This document shows, one piece after another, positions 27,533 through 35,762 of a stretch of 64,000 nt of DNA. Below the pieces are notes generated by a model. That model was not told the origin of the DNA and searched no databases. It was given only the letters and a program-made list of their open reading frames with translations. How positions within the stretch are numbered: position 1 is the stretch's first letter; each line of letters starts with the position of its first letter. The stretch is from an uncultured Alphaproteobacteria bacterium (GTDB lineage Bacteria; Pseudomonadota; Alphaproteobacteria; Rs-D84). Both the position numbers and the translations under genes were made by a program. The stretch spans positions 14,151 through 78,150 of the forward strand of contig CALXZM010000003.1 of assembly GCA_944393245.1 (NCBI GenBank), read 5' to 3'.

Positions 27533-30280
27533 ATGAAAAACGATCTGAAAATTTCGACACTGACAATTATTTGCGTCTTGTGTACGGCGGTATCTGGTGC
27601 ATATGGTGCATCGTCGGTTCGTTCGTTTGGTGGCAGTGGAACGTATGCCAGTGCATCTGACGCGGCGGCGGCCAATACCAGTTCGACAACTTCTGTTCGT
27701 GGTGGGTCTGTGCGTGTAAATCCGGGATCTGGTGTTTCGGGTTCAAGCACGACTATCGATGCCGGTACAACAACAAATGGCCGTGTTGCGACAACACCGC
27801 GTTTGTCAATTGGGCATTATCTGGGTGGCGGAACGTCAATTAGTGGTGGCAGTTCACTGCGTCCGCAAACGCCGGGATCTTCGTCTGGTGGTTCTTCGTC
27901 CGGTGGTGATGGTGGGTTGGATCCAGATGTTGCGGCGGGACTGCGTCAACAGGTTGATCAATTACAGCGTGATGTCGAAGATTTGCGTAATGCTGATGAT
28001 AATATAAATGACCAGTTGTTGGATAAACAGGATGCTTTAATTCCTGGTGATGATGGTTATATCATTATAGATGATGCTACGAACGAAATCTTTGTTGATG
28101 TCGATGCGTTGCAGGGTGCGTTGGAAACCGTTGCGGGCAAAGATGGGCGTGAAGTTGAATTGGGTTCCAATGATACGCATTTGTTGTGGCGTTATGTCGG
28201 TGAAAGTGGTTGGCATGATTTGATTGCGATTGCTGATATTACCGGTCCCCAGGGCCCCCAGGGTGAAAAGGGTGAAAAGGGTGATCCGGGTGATGCGGCC
28301 AATCTGGATGCTTATTCAACAACTGAACAAATGAATCAGGCGATTGGTAATGCGATTGCCGCGCTGGCGGATGTTTATGCGACCAAGGCAGAATTGGCCA
28401 ATTATGCAACGTCTGATGATTTATCGCGTGGTTTGGCGGCCAAGGCAAATGCAGCAGATGTTTACACCAAGGCAGAGGTTTATAACAAGACCGAAGTTGA
28501 TGACAAGGTTGCTGATATTGTTGCCGGTGATATGGACGGGGCATTGGCCAATAAAGCCGATAAAACGTATGTAGATACACAACTGGCGACCAAGGCCGAT
28601 AAAACAGAATTGGCAAATTATGCCACCACGGAATCTGTTACTGCGCTGGATTCCGAAATGGACGAAGTGAACGCCACTGCGACCGAGGCGGCATTAGGTG
28701 CCGCACAGGCGTTGAGTGGCCTGACCGGCAAAGAAGATACATCAAATAAGACACAAACGCTGACAAACAGTGCAACACAGTATCCGTCTGGTGCGGCGGT
28801 AACGACGGCGTTGGAACAAAAGGCTGATAAGTCTGAATTAGAAAATTACGTCACGTCAGATGAATTGGCAGGCAAGGCGGATCAAAGCGCGTTGGATAAT
28901 TTGACTGGACGTGTTTCCGCGAACGAAGCGGGTATATCTGAATTAAATACCACGATGGGGTCGGGTGAATTGACCACGTCTGACAAAACGGTTTTGGGCG
29001 CAATCAATGAATTGAAATCCAAAACGGACGGTATGGCGACCGACGGTAATTTTGAAGAAATGAATAGCAAGATTACCGAAATGGAAGGCAAACTGGATGG
29101 CAAGCAGGATGTTGCCAATATGGCCCAGACCGTGACCGACGATGAAACAAAATATCCGTCGTCTGCGGCGGTTTATGGCGAATTGGAAACCAAGGCAAAT
29201 GCGTCCGATTTGGCGAACTATGCAACCACTGAAACCGTGAACCAGATAACAGAAAATGTCACCAATGTTACGCAAACGGTAACGCAGTTGGGTGATACAA
29301 TTAATAATGCTGAAACGGGACTGAAAAAACAGGTCGAAGATGCCGTTACAGCTGCGAATACCGCCAAAGAGGCGGCCGATGCGGCGACATCTGCGGTTGC
29401 GGGCAAGCAAGATGCATTGGGATTCACCCCGGAAAATGTTGCGAACAAGAGTTCAACTGTTGTTGATGATGAATCAAAATATCCATCATCTGCGGCGGTT
29501 TATGGCGAATTGGAAACCAAGGCAAATGTTTCCGATTTGGCGAACTATGCAACAACTGAAACCGTGAACCAGATTGAACAAAATGTGACCAACGTCACGC
29601 AAAAGGTTAATGAAATCACTAATCCGGATACTGGATTGGCATCCCAGGTTACAAATATCACAAATGTAATTGGCGATGCGGATTCCGGTCTGGTCAAGGA
29701 TGTTGCCGATGCGGCGGCGGCGGCTGATGCGGCACAACAAACCGCAACAGAGGCTAAAAACACCGCTGATGCGGCGCAAACAACTGCTGACGAGGCAAAG
29801 GCCGGTCTGGATGCCAAGGAAGACAAGTCCAACAAGGCCACGTCTATTACGGGGGAAAACCAATCGTCTGCGACGGTGTATCCGTCGGTTGGGGCGATTA
29901 CCCAATGGACGAATGATCGCATAAATGAATTATCGACCGAGGGCCTGCCCGTGAATCCGGATAATATTGGTGCGGGTGCGATTACCACAGAAAAAATAGC
30001 AGATAATGCCGTTACAGAAGATAAATTGAGTGACGAATTAAATACTGAAATTGATGGCAAGGCAAATACGGCCGATTTGGGGGCGTTGGCGACCAAGGAT
30101 CAGATTACAAATGCGGATGTTGCGGATGACGCGGCAATCGCGAAATCAAAGCTGGCATCGGATGTTCAGGCGGCTTTGGACAAGGCTGCTGATGCTGTAA
30201 GTATGGCGGGTGCGTCTGAAAACAGCGTACTGGGTACCGACGACGAAGGTAATCCGGTCTGGTATGAAATAGCAATGTAA
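27533..30280 (+). CDS. Large secreted repetitive fibre-like protein (paralog 1) with collagen-like triplet segment and tail-fibre-like repeat modules
   Basis: Signal peptide, Ser/Gly/Thr-rich low-complexity N-terminal region, THLLWRYVGESGWHDLIAIADITGPQGPQGEKGEKGDPGD (collagen-like G-X-Y preceded by a W..Y.G...W..L motif), and many ELANYATTE / KYPSSAAVYGELETKA / AITTEKIADNAVTEDKL repeats. The C-terminal module YPSVGAITQWTN...LPVNPDNIG is shared with paralog 2. Confidence 0.7.
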   Translation: MKNDLKISTLTIICVLCTAVSGAYGASSVRSFGGSGTYASASDAAAANTSSTTSVRGGSVRVNPGSGVSGSSTTIDAGTTTNGRVATTPRLSIGHYLGGGTSISGGSSLRPQTPGSSSGGSSSGGDGGLDPDVAAGLRQQVDQLQRDVEDLRNADDNINDQLLDKQDALIPGDDGYIIIDDATNEIFVDVDALQGALETVAGKDGREVELGSNDTHLLWRYVGESGWHDLIAIADITGPQGPQGEKGEKGDPGDAANLDAYSTTEQMNQAIGNAIAALADVYATKAELANYATSDDLSRGLAAKANAADVYTKAEVYNKTEVDDKVADIVAGDMDGALANKADKTYVDTQLATKADKTELANYATTESVTALDSEMDEVNATATEAALGAAQALSGLTGKEDTSNKTQTLTNSATQYPSGAAVTTALEQKADKSELENYVTSDELAGKADQSALDNLTGRVSANEAGISELNTTMGSGELTTSDKTVLGAINELKSKTDGMATDGNFEEMNSKITEMEGKLDGKQDVANMAQTVTDDETKYPSSAAVYGELETKANASDLANYATTETVNQITENVTNVTQTVTQLGDTINNAETGLKKQVEDAVTAANTAKEAADAATSAVAGKQDALGFTPENVANKSSTVVDDESKYPSSAAVYGELETKANVSDLANYATTETVNQIEQNVTNVTQKVNEITNPDTGLASQVTNITNVIGDADSGLVKDVADAAAAADAAQQTATEAKNTADAAQTTADEAKAGLDAKEDKSNKATSITGENQSSATVYPSVGAITQWTNDRINELSTEGLPVNPDNIGAGAITTEKIADNAVTEDKLSDELNTEIDGKANTADLGALATKDQITNADVADDAAIAKSKLASDVQAALDKAADAVSMAGASENSVLGTDDEGNPVWYEIAM

Positions 30281-30294
30281 GGGGAATTTGAAAA

Positions 30295-32133
30295 ATGAAA
30301 AAACAAAATATTGTATTTTCTGGATTTATGGCGGCGATACTGTTCAGTGCCGGTGCGGCCAACGCTGCGACCCAAATTGCCAGCAAGCAGTACGTTGATA
30401 ATCGTGAAACGTCAATCCTGCAAACGGTCAGCAATACATATGAAACCAAGGAAAATGTTACAAACCTGACTGAACAGGTAACCCAGTTGGATGATACAAT
30501 CAATAATGAAGATACTGGTCTGGCGGCCAAGGTTGACGATGCTGTCGCTGCCGCGGCCGCAGCGAAACAAACGGCTGATACCGCCAAATCAACTGCAACC
30601 GGCGCACAAAGCGCGGTAGAGGCATTGGGGGCAACCGTTGGTAATGCTGAATCTGGTTTGGTCAAAGATGTAAATGATTTGCAAACAACTGTTGGTCAGT
30701 TGGATACAGAAATGGATTCTAAATTGGATTCTGCAACCGCTGCATCAACATATGAAGTTATATCAAACAAGGCGGCTGAAATCAACGAAGGTAATCAAAC
30801 ATCGCCAACAGCATATCCGTCAGTGGGCGCAATCGTTCAATGGACTAATAAAAAGATTGCGGACTTGTCAGATACTGGATTGCCAGTTAACCCCGGTAAT
30901 ATCAATGATGGAACTATTGCTGGCAGTAAATTGGAAAATGGCGCGGTCACAACTGATAAAATCGCCGATGATGCGGTGACATCTGACAAAATCGCCGATG
31001 ATGCCGTTGGTTCGGGCCAGATTGCAGACGGTGCGGTTGGTACTGATGATATTGCCGATGGTGCCGTGACATCCGATAAATTGGATGGAACATTGGCGGG
31101 ACAAATTGCCGATATTTCTGGCAAGCAGGACATTGCAATGGGTGTCGGTCACGAAAATCATATCGTGACAACTGATGCGTCCGGTAATATTACATCCGCC
31201 GCGACAATCGGCCAGGACAAGGTTACTGGTTTGACCACGGCATTGGCGGGCAAGGCCAGCACAGACGATATTCCGACCGCGGTTTCGGAACTGACAAACG
31301 ACAGCGGTTATTTGACAAATGCCGATATGACCGGCTATGCCAAAACAACTGATTTGGATGCCAAACAGAACAAAAATGTTGGCAGTGAAAATAATGGTAA
31401 AATTTTGACCGTGGGCGCGGATGGTAATATCACAACATCCGCCACAATTGCCCAGTCAAAGGTCGAAGGATTGGAAACCGCATTGGCGGGTAAATTGGAA
31501 TCTGATGATTTGACGGGCTATGTAACCAGTGAATCGTTAACAACCACGTTGGACGATTATGCCACAACAACGGATTTGGGCGCGAAACAAGATAAATTAA
31601 CCGCAACTGGTGCCGCAAATCAACCCGTATATGTTAATGAACAGGGCGTTGTAACGGCCGGTAACACAATTCCGACGGTAACAACAAATATTACCACGGG
31701 CATCACAGATGCGGCCCAGGCGGGCGCAGTGGCCGATAAATTGGCACAAAAGGAAGATGCCGCGAACAAGGTCAAGACGATTAGTGATGGCAATAAATCG
31801 TCTGAAACACTGTTCCCGACAATCGGTGCGATTACCACATGGACTGACCAACAAATTCAAAAATTGTCTGATACTGGTATACCCGTTAATCCGGACAATA
31901 TTGGCAATAGTGCGATAACGACTGATAAAATTGCCAATGGTGCTGTTACAACAGAAAAATTGGCGGACGATTCCGTGACAGAAGACAAACTGAGCAATGA
32001 TGTCGTTGCATCTATTGATGCAAAGTTACCGGCGCCGGATGCGGACTGTGTTGCGGATTCAAATCTGTGCGTATTATCTGTGACACCAGGGGGTGATTTG
32101 GCGTGGGTTGCGGTAACACAACCGGCGGAATAA
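30295..32133 (+). CDS. Secreted repetitive fibre-like protein (paralog 2)
   Basis: Signal peptide ending ANAATQIASKQYVD. Repeats (K/R)IADDAVTSDKIADDAVGSGQIADGAVGTDDIADGAVTSDKL. Two copies of the YPS(V/T)IGAI.(Q/T)WT...LSDTG(L/I)PVNP.NI module. Trp-containing C-terminus (LAWVAVTQPAE). 14-bp gap from paralog 1. Confidence 0.7.
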   Translation: MKKQNIVFSGFMAAILFSAGAANAATQIASKQYVDNRETSILQTVSNTYETKENVTNLTEQVTQLDDTINNEDTGLAAKVDDAVAAAAAAKQTADTAKSTATGAQSAVEALGATVGNAESGLVKDVNDLQTTVGQLDTEMDSKLDSATAASTYEVISNKAAEINEGNQTSPTAYPSVGAIVQWTNKKIADLSDTGLPVNPGNINDGTIAGSKLENGAVTTDKIADDAVTSDKIADDAVGSGQIADGAVGTDDIADGAVTSDKLDGTLAGQIADISGKQDIAMGVGHENHIVTTDASGNITSAATIGQDKVTGLTTALAGKASTDDIPTAVSELTNDSGYLTNADMTGYAKTTDLDAKQNKNVGSENNGKILTVGADGNITTSATIAQSKVEGLETALAGKLESDDLTGYVTSESLTTTLDDYATTTDLGAKQDKLTATGAANQPVYVNEQGVVTAGNTIPTVTTNITTGITDAAQAGAVADKLAQKEDAANKVKTISDGNKSSETLFPTIGAITTWTDQQIQKLSDTGIPVNPDNIGNSAITTDKIANGAVTTEKLADDSVTEDKLSNDVVASIDAKLPAPDADCVADSNLCVLSVTPGGDLAWVAVTQPAE

Positions 32134-32190
32134 CCGAAACAAAGGATTAAAAAAACAACAAATAAAAAAAGAAAGAAAGGAAAGAAAAAA

Positions 32191-33816
32191 ATGAAAAAAT
32201 TAACAGCAGGTATTTTTGCAACATTATTGGCCGTTGTTTCGGTCGATGGGGCATACGCCGCAATCGCATCCAAGGGATACGTTGATGAAAAGGTTGGAAC
32301 AGTTACAACTGCACTTGGAAATAAAGCTGATAAAACAGAATTGGGTAATTATGCAACAACAGCAGCCTTGACTTCCGGTTTGGCGGGTAAGTTAGATACT
32401 GAGGGTACGGCTGCAAAAGCTACAGCAGATGCTTCTGGCAATGTAATCACAACAACATATGCAACAAAAACAGAATTAAACGCAGCTGAAAAGATTGCCA
32501 ATCGTGTGACAACGGTTTCTGATGCTTCTGATGATACACATTATCCAACGGCAAAAGCGGTTTGGGACGTTGTTCAGGCCGAAACATCTGACATTGCGTC
32601 CAGTGGTGATTTGAGTGCGTTGACAACGCGTGTCGGTACATTGGAAAAAGCGTCTGCGACACATGCGACAAAGACAGAATTAACAGATGGTCTGGCCGAA
32701 AAATTGGATACTGCAACCGCGGCAACAACGTATGCAACCAAAACGGAATTGGCTGGAAAGCAAGATAAAATTGCCGGTGCACAGTTAGAGGCATTGAATT
32801 CAGGAATTACCGCGGACAAGGTAGAGGCATATGATGGTTATGCCGCACAGATTTCTGGCAAGTTAGACGCTGCGGGTACGGCTGCAAAAGCTACAGCAGA
32901 TGCTTCTGGCAATGTAATCACAACAACATATGCAACAAAAACAGAATTAGGTGCAAAAGCGAATACCGCTGATTTGGGTGCATTGGCAACAAAAGATACA
33001 GTAAGCGCAACTGAAATTGATGCAGATGCAGTTACAACAGAAAAAATCCTGGATGCTAATGTAACAAAAGCGAAATTGGCATCTGATATACAGACATCTT
33101 TGGGTAAAGCGGATTCTGCTTTACAGCAAGCTGATTTGGCGGATTATGCAAAGACTGCAGAGGTAGCAAGTACATATGAAACCAAAGAAAACGCAGCTTC
33201 AACATATGAAACAAAAGCAAATGCTTCTGCAACATATGAAACAAAAGCAAATGCTTCTGCAACATATGAAACAAAAGCAAATGCTTCTGCAACGTATGCA
33301 ACAAAAGAAGAAATTAAAGGTATGGCAACTGATGCAAACCTGGCACTGAAACAGGATAAAACAGATAATTCATTGGAAACAACAAGCAAGACAGTTGTTG
33401 GGGCTATCAATGAAGTAAAGACAACCGCTGACGGTGCAAGCACTGCTGCAAAAGCAGCACAAACTGCGGCTGATTCAAAATTGCCGACCGCCACATATAA
33501 CACCCAGGTTGGTACTGTTTCAGCAGAAAATATGGGAACAACGGCAAAAACGGTTGTGACCGCTATCAAGGAAGTAGCAGGTGAAGCGGAGGCTGCACAA
33601 TCTGCAGCGTCTGCGGCAGATTCTAAAGCTCAGGCAGCACAAAGTGCAGCAGAAGCCGCTGATTCTAAAGCTCAAGCAGCACAAACAACTGCTAATGCAG
33701 CTATCCCAAAAGTAAATGCGGAAGGTAGTGACGGTAAGTACGTTTTGACTGCAACGGCTGCAAATGGCGTTGCTACATACAAATGGGAACTTATCGAACG
33801 TGGGTCTGCTGAATAA
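32191..33816 (+). CDS. Secreted repetitive fibre-like protein (paralog 3)
   Basis: Signal peptide plus AAIASKGYVDEKV. Internal exact 75-bp duplication (DASGNVITTTYATKTEL module), 30-bp tandem repeats (TYETKANASA x4-5), C-terminus ...ATYKWELIERGSAE. Confidence 0.7.
   Translation: MKKLTAGIFATLLAVVSVDGAYAAIASKGYVDEKVGTVTTALGNKADKTELGNYATTAALTSGLAGKLDTEGTAAKATADASGNVITTTYATKTELNAAEKIANRVTTVSDASDDTHYPTAKAVWDVVQAETSDIASSGDLSALTTRVGTLEKASATHATKTELTDGLAEKLDTATAATTYATKTELAGKQDKIAGAQLEALNSGITADKVEAYDGYAAQISGKLDAAGTAAKATADASGNVITTTYATKTELGAKANTADLGALATKDTVSATEIDADAVTTEKILDANVTKAKLASDIQTSLGKADSALQQADLADYAKTAEVASTYETKENAASTYETKANASATYETKANASATYETKANASATYATKEEIKGMATDANLALKQDKTDNSLETTSKTVVGAINEVKTTADGASTAAKAAQTAADSKLPTATYNTQVGTVSAENMGTTAKTVVTAIKEVAGEAEAAQSAASAADSKAQAAQSAAEAADSKAQAAQTTANAAIPKVNAEGSDGKYVLTATAANGVATYKWELIERGSAE
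33172..33321 (+). repeat. 30-bp tandem repeat (about 5 units, 3 perfect) inside paralog 3, encoding TYETKANASA
   Basis: ACATATGAAACAAAAGCAAATGCTTCTGCA repeated head-to-tail. Flanking units are diverged by 3-6 substitutions. Confidence 0.85.
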
Positions 33817-33927
33817 TGATTTGTAAAAATGTGTGCGGTGTTAAATGTGCACCGCACACAGGTAAAAAAAACAGATTGCGATAAACGAACAGTGGAACGA
33901 AACAGATACTTTGGGTAGAATACGGAT

Positions 33928-34836
33928 ATGATAAAGTCAAAAGGCATTTTCGCAGTTTCATTTATAGCTATGATGGTGGCGGGTGGCGCATATGCAAATA
34001 TTGCGTCACAGGGCTATGTCGATCAGCAGATTGATACCAGACAGGTTGCCGGTGATTATGCGACGAACACCGCATTGGGGACTGTTCGTACAACCGCAAC
34101 AAATGCCCAATCCGCAGCCGCTGCGGCAAAAACCGCGGCAGATGACGCACAAGATGCGGCAGATGCCGCCGCCAGTGCTGCTGCCACTGCACAGCAAACC
34201 GCCAATGCCAAGGTTTCAACCGCACAGGGTAGTTCTGCCGCTAATAAGGCCGTAATTACAAATGCGTCTGGTAATATCACAACGGGGACAATTTCGTCGG
34301 CGATGATTACAGATGGCACGATAACCAACGCTGATATTTCGGCCAGTGCGGCGATTGCCCAATCAAAAATTTCTGGTTTAACGACTGCGTTGGCGGGCAA
34401 GGCAAATACTGCTGATGTTCCGACAAAAACAAGTGATTTAACAAACGACAGCGGGTTTATTACTGCCGAAGAATTGCCCGATGGATATACTTTGCCGGTG
34501 GCGACAGCAGACACTTTGGGTGGTGTGAAATCTGGTGGTGATATTACTGTGGCGACCAGTGGTGCCGTTACCGTGAACAGTGCAACCAAGGCCGACAGTG
34601 CAACAGCCGCCGCAAGTGCCACCAAGGCGACACAGGACGCGTCCGGGAATGTGATTACAACCACATATGCAACCAAGGCACAGTTGACTGCATTAGATAG
34701 TTCAACATCTGGTTCTGGTGCGGTTGTGACAGATGTTTCACAAACAGATGGCAAGGTTACTGTTACCAAGGGCAATGTTCAAATCCCTGTGGGCAGTGCA
34801 ACCGCAACAACATATGCGACCATTTGGGTTGAATAA
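33928..34836 (+). CDS. Secreted repetitive fibre-like protein (paralog 4, shortest)
   Basis: Signal peptide plus ANIASQGYVDQQI. Shares the DASGNVITTTYATKAQL module and the GLTTALAGKA(N/S)T.D(V/I)PT module with paralogs 2 and 3. Trp-containing C-terminus TYATIWVE. Confidence 0.7.
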   Translation: MIKSKGIFAVSFIAMMVAGGAYANIASQGYVDQQIDTRQVAGDYATNTALGTVRTTATNAQSAAAAAKTAADDAQDAADAAASAAATAQQTANAKVSTAQGSSAANKAVITNASGNITTGTISSAMITDGTITNADISASAAIAQSKISGLTTALAGKANTADVPTKTSDLTNDSGFITAEELPDGYTLPVATADTLGGVKSGGDITVATSGAVTVNSATKADSATAAASATKATQDASGNVITTTYATKAQLTALDSSTSGSGAVVTDVSQTDGKVTVTKGNVQIPVGSATATTYATIWVE

Positions 34837-34840
34837 TATT

Positions 34841-34866
34841 TCCCGCCATTGGCGGGATTTTTTGTT
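34841..34866 (+). terminator. Intrinsic terminator after the repeat-protein array (TCCCGCC-ATT-GGCGGGA + T7)
   Basis: Perfect 7-bp GC-rich stem followed by TTTTTTG. Confidence 0.7.
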
Positions 34867-35000
34867 TTTTACTAGTTTTTATAATCTTGATTTATCTATT
34901 ATTGCCAAACTGGGGCAGGTGTAGAAAATTTAATCTTGATTTATTCCAGTGTGTATTTTAGAATTTTTTGCGTGATTTGGCAATGCCGAATTACATTGAA

Positions 35001-35182
35001 CATCAGTGTTAGTAGACGGGTTTAGTCACCCGAATATAACGCAATAACTAACCGATATGTTCCCGACATAATCGTCGGGAAGTCGTTTGCTATACAACAG
35101 CCCACGTGGTAAAGGCAACGAATTCATCGTTATATTTGAATGACTAACTTCCCGACACCTGAACACTGATCAGGTGTTTTTT
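35001..35182 (+). other. Structured ~180-bp element: candidate cis-regulatory leader (attenuator/riboswitch-like) or MITE-like relic, ending in an intrinsic terminator 16 nt before the PAP2 gene
   Basis: 9-bp terminal inverted repeats ATCAGTGTT (35002-35010) and AACACTGAT (35162-35170). Internal hairpins (CGGGT..ACCCG, and TTCCCGAC-ATAATC-GTCGGGAA with a second TTCCCGAC copy at 35149). Terminator CACCTGA-ACACTGA-TCAGGTG + T6 at 35156-35182, partly overlapping the right inverted repeat so the two pairings are mutually exclusive. Confidence 0.3.
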
Positions 35183-35198
35183 AGTTTAGGGATGTGGG

Positions 35199-35759
35199 AT
35201 GTTGCGTTTTTTGTTTGTTGGGGTGCTGGGTATCACTATATCATTGTGCGCGGCGCCGTATGCGTGGGCCGGTGACGTTATTGCCAAAATAGGGGATTTT
35301 ATTTCTTTTAAGATTTTGCCGGTATATTCGTTTGGAACAACAATTTATAATTCTGATTGGGATACGTGGTACGATTATGATTGGAATGGATTAAAGCAGT
35401 TGATTGTTGTGAATATGGTCAAATCAACTGTTGTTGATGGTATAAAAGAAAATGTTTTTGAAATGCGCCCAAACGGCAGTGGGGGTGACAGTTTTCCGTC
35501 TGGGCATACTGCAAATGCGTTTGCTCAGGCAGCTTTTATTCATCGACGTTATGGTATAAAGCAAGCTATTGTGCCGTACGTGTTGGCCACTTTTGTCGGA
35601 TTTTCACGGGTGGAATCACGTATGCATTATACTCACGATGTTTTGGCAGGGGCGACAATCGGATTTTTATCGGCTTGGATTTTTGCAGACGAAAAAAAGT
35701 CCGTCGTTGTCAGTGCTGATACAAACAGTTTTGGGTTACGTTTTAATTTTGTGTTCTAG
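35199..35759 (+). CDS. PAP2-family (acid phosphatase / phosphatidylglycerophosphatase B-like) periplasmic phosphatase
   Basis: Signal peptide. PAP2 signature blocks KENVFEMRP (KX6RP), PSGHT, and SRVESRMHYTHD (SRX5HX3D). Confidence 0.75.
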   Translation: MLRFLFVGVLGITISLCAAPYAWAGDVIAKIGDFISFKILPVYSFGTTIYNSDWDTWYDYDWNGLKQLIVVNMVKSTVVDGIKENVFEMRPNGSGGDSFPSGHTANAFAQAAFIHRRYGIKQAIVPYVLATFVGFSRVESRMHYTHDVLAGATIGFLSAWIFADEKKSVVVSADTNSFGLRFNFVF

Positions 35760-35762
35760 TTA

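Noticed and set aside
33830-33860. Hairpin GTGCGGTG-TTAAATGTG-CACCGCAC after paralog 3 as an intrinsic terminator
   Set aside because: The stem is good, but on the + strand it is followed by an A-run rather than a U-run. The next paralog follows closely, so read-through and co-transcription are more likely. It is noted only as a hairpin.
34056-34775. 239-aa Ala-rich ORF on the minus strand inside paralog 4. Similar antisense ORFs sit at 29545-30096, 30105-30665, 31857-32273 and 33144-33569.
   Set aside because: They lie antisense to the GC/Ala-codon-rich repetitive fibre genes, have no RBS or signal, and show low-complexity composition mirrored from the sense strand. They are spurious.
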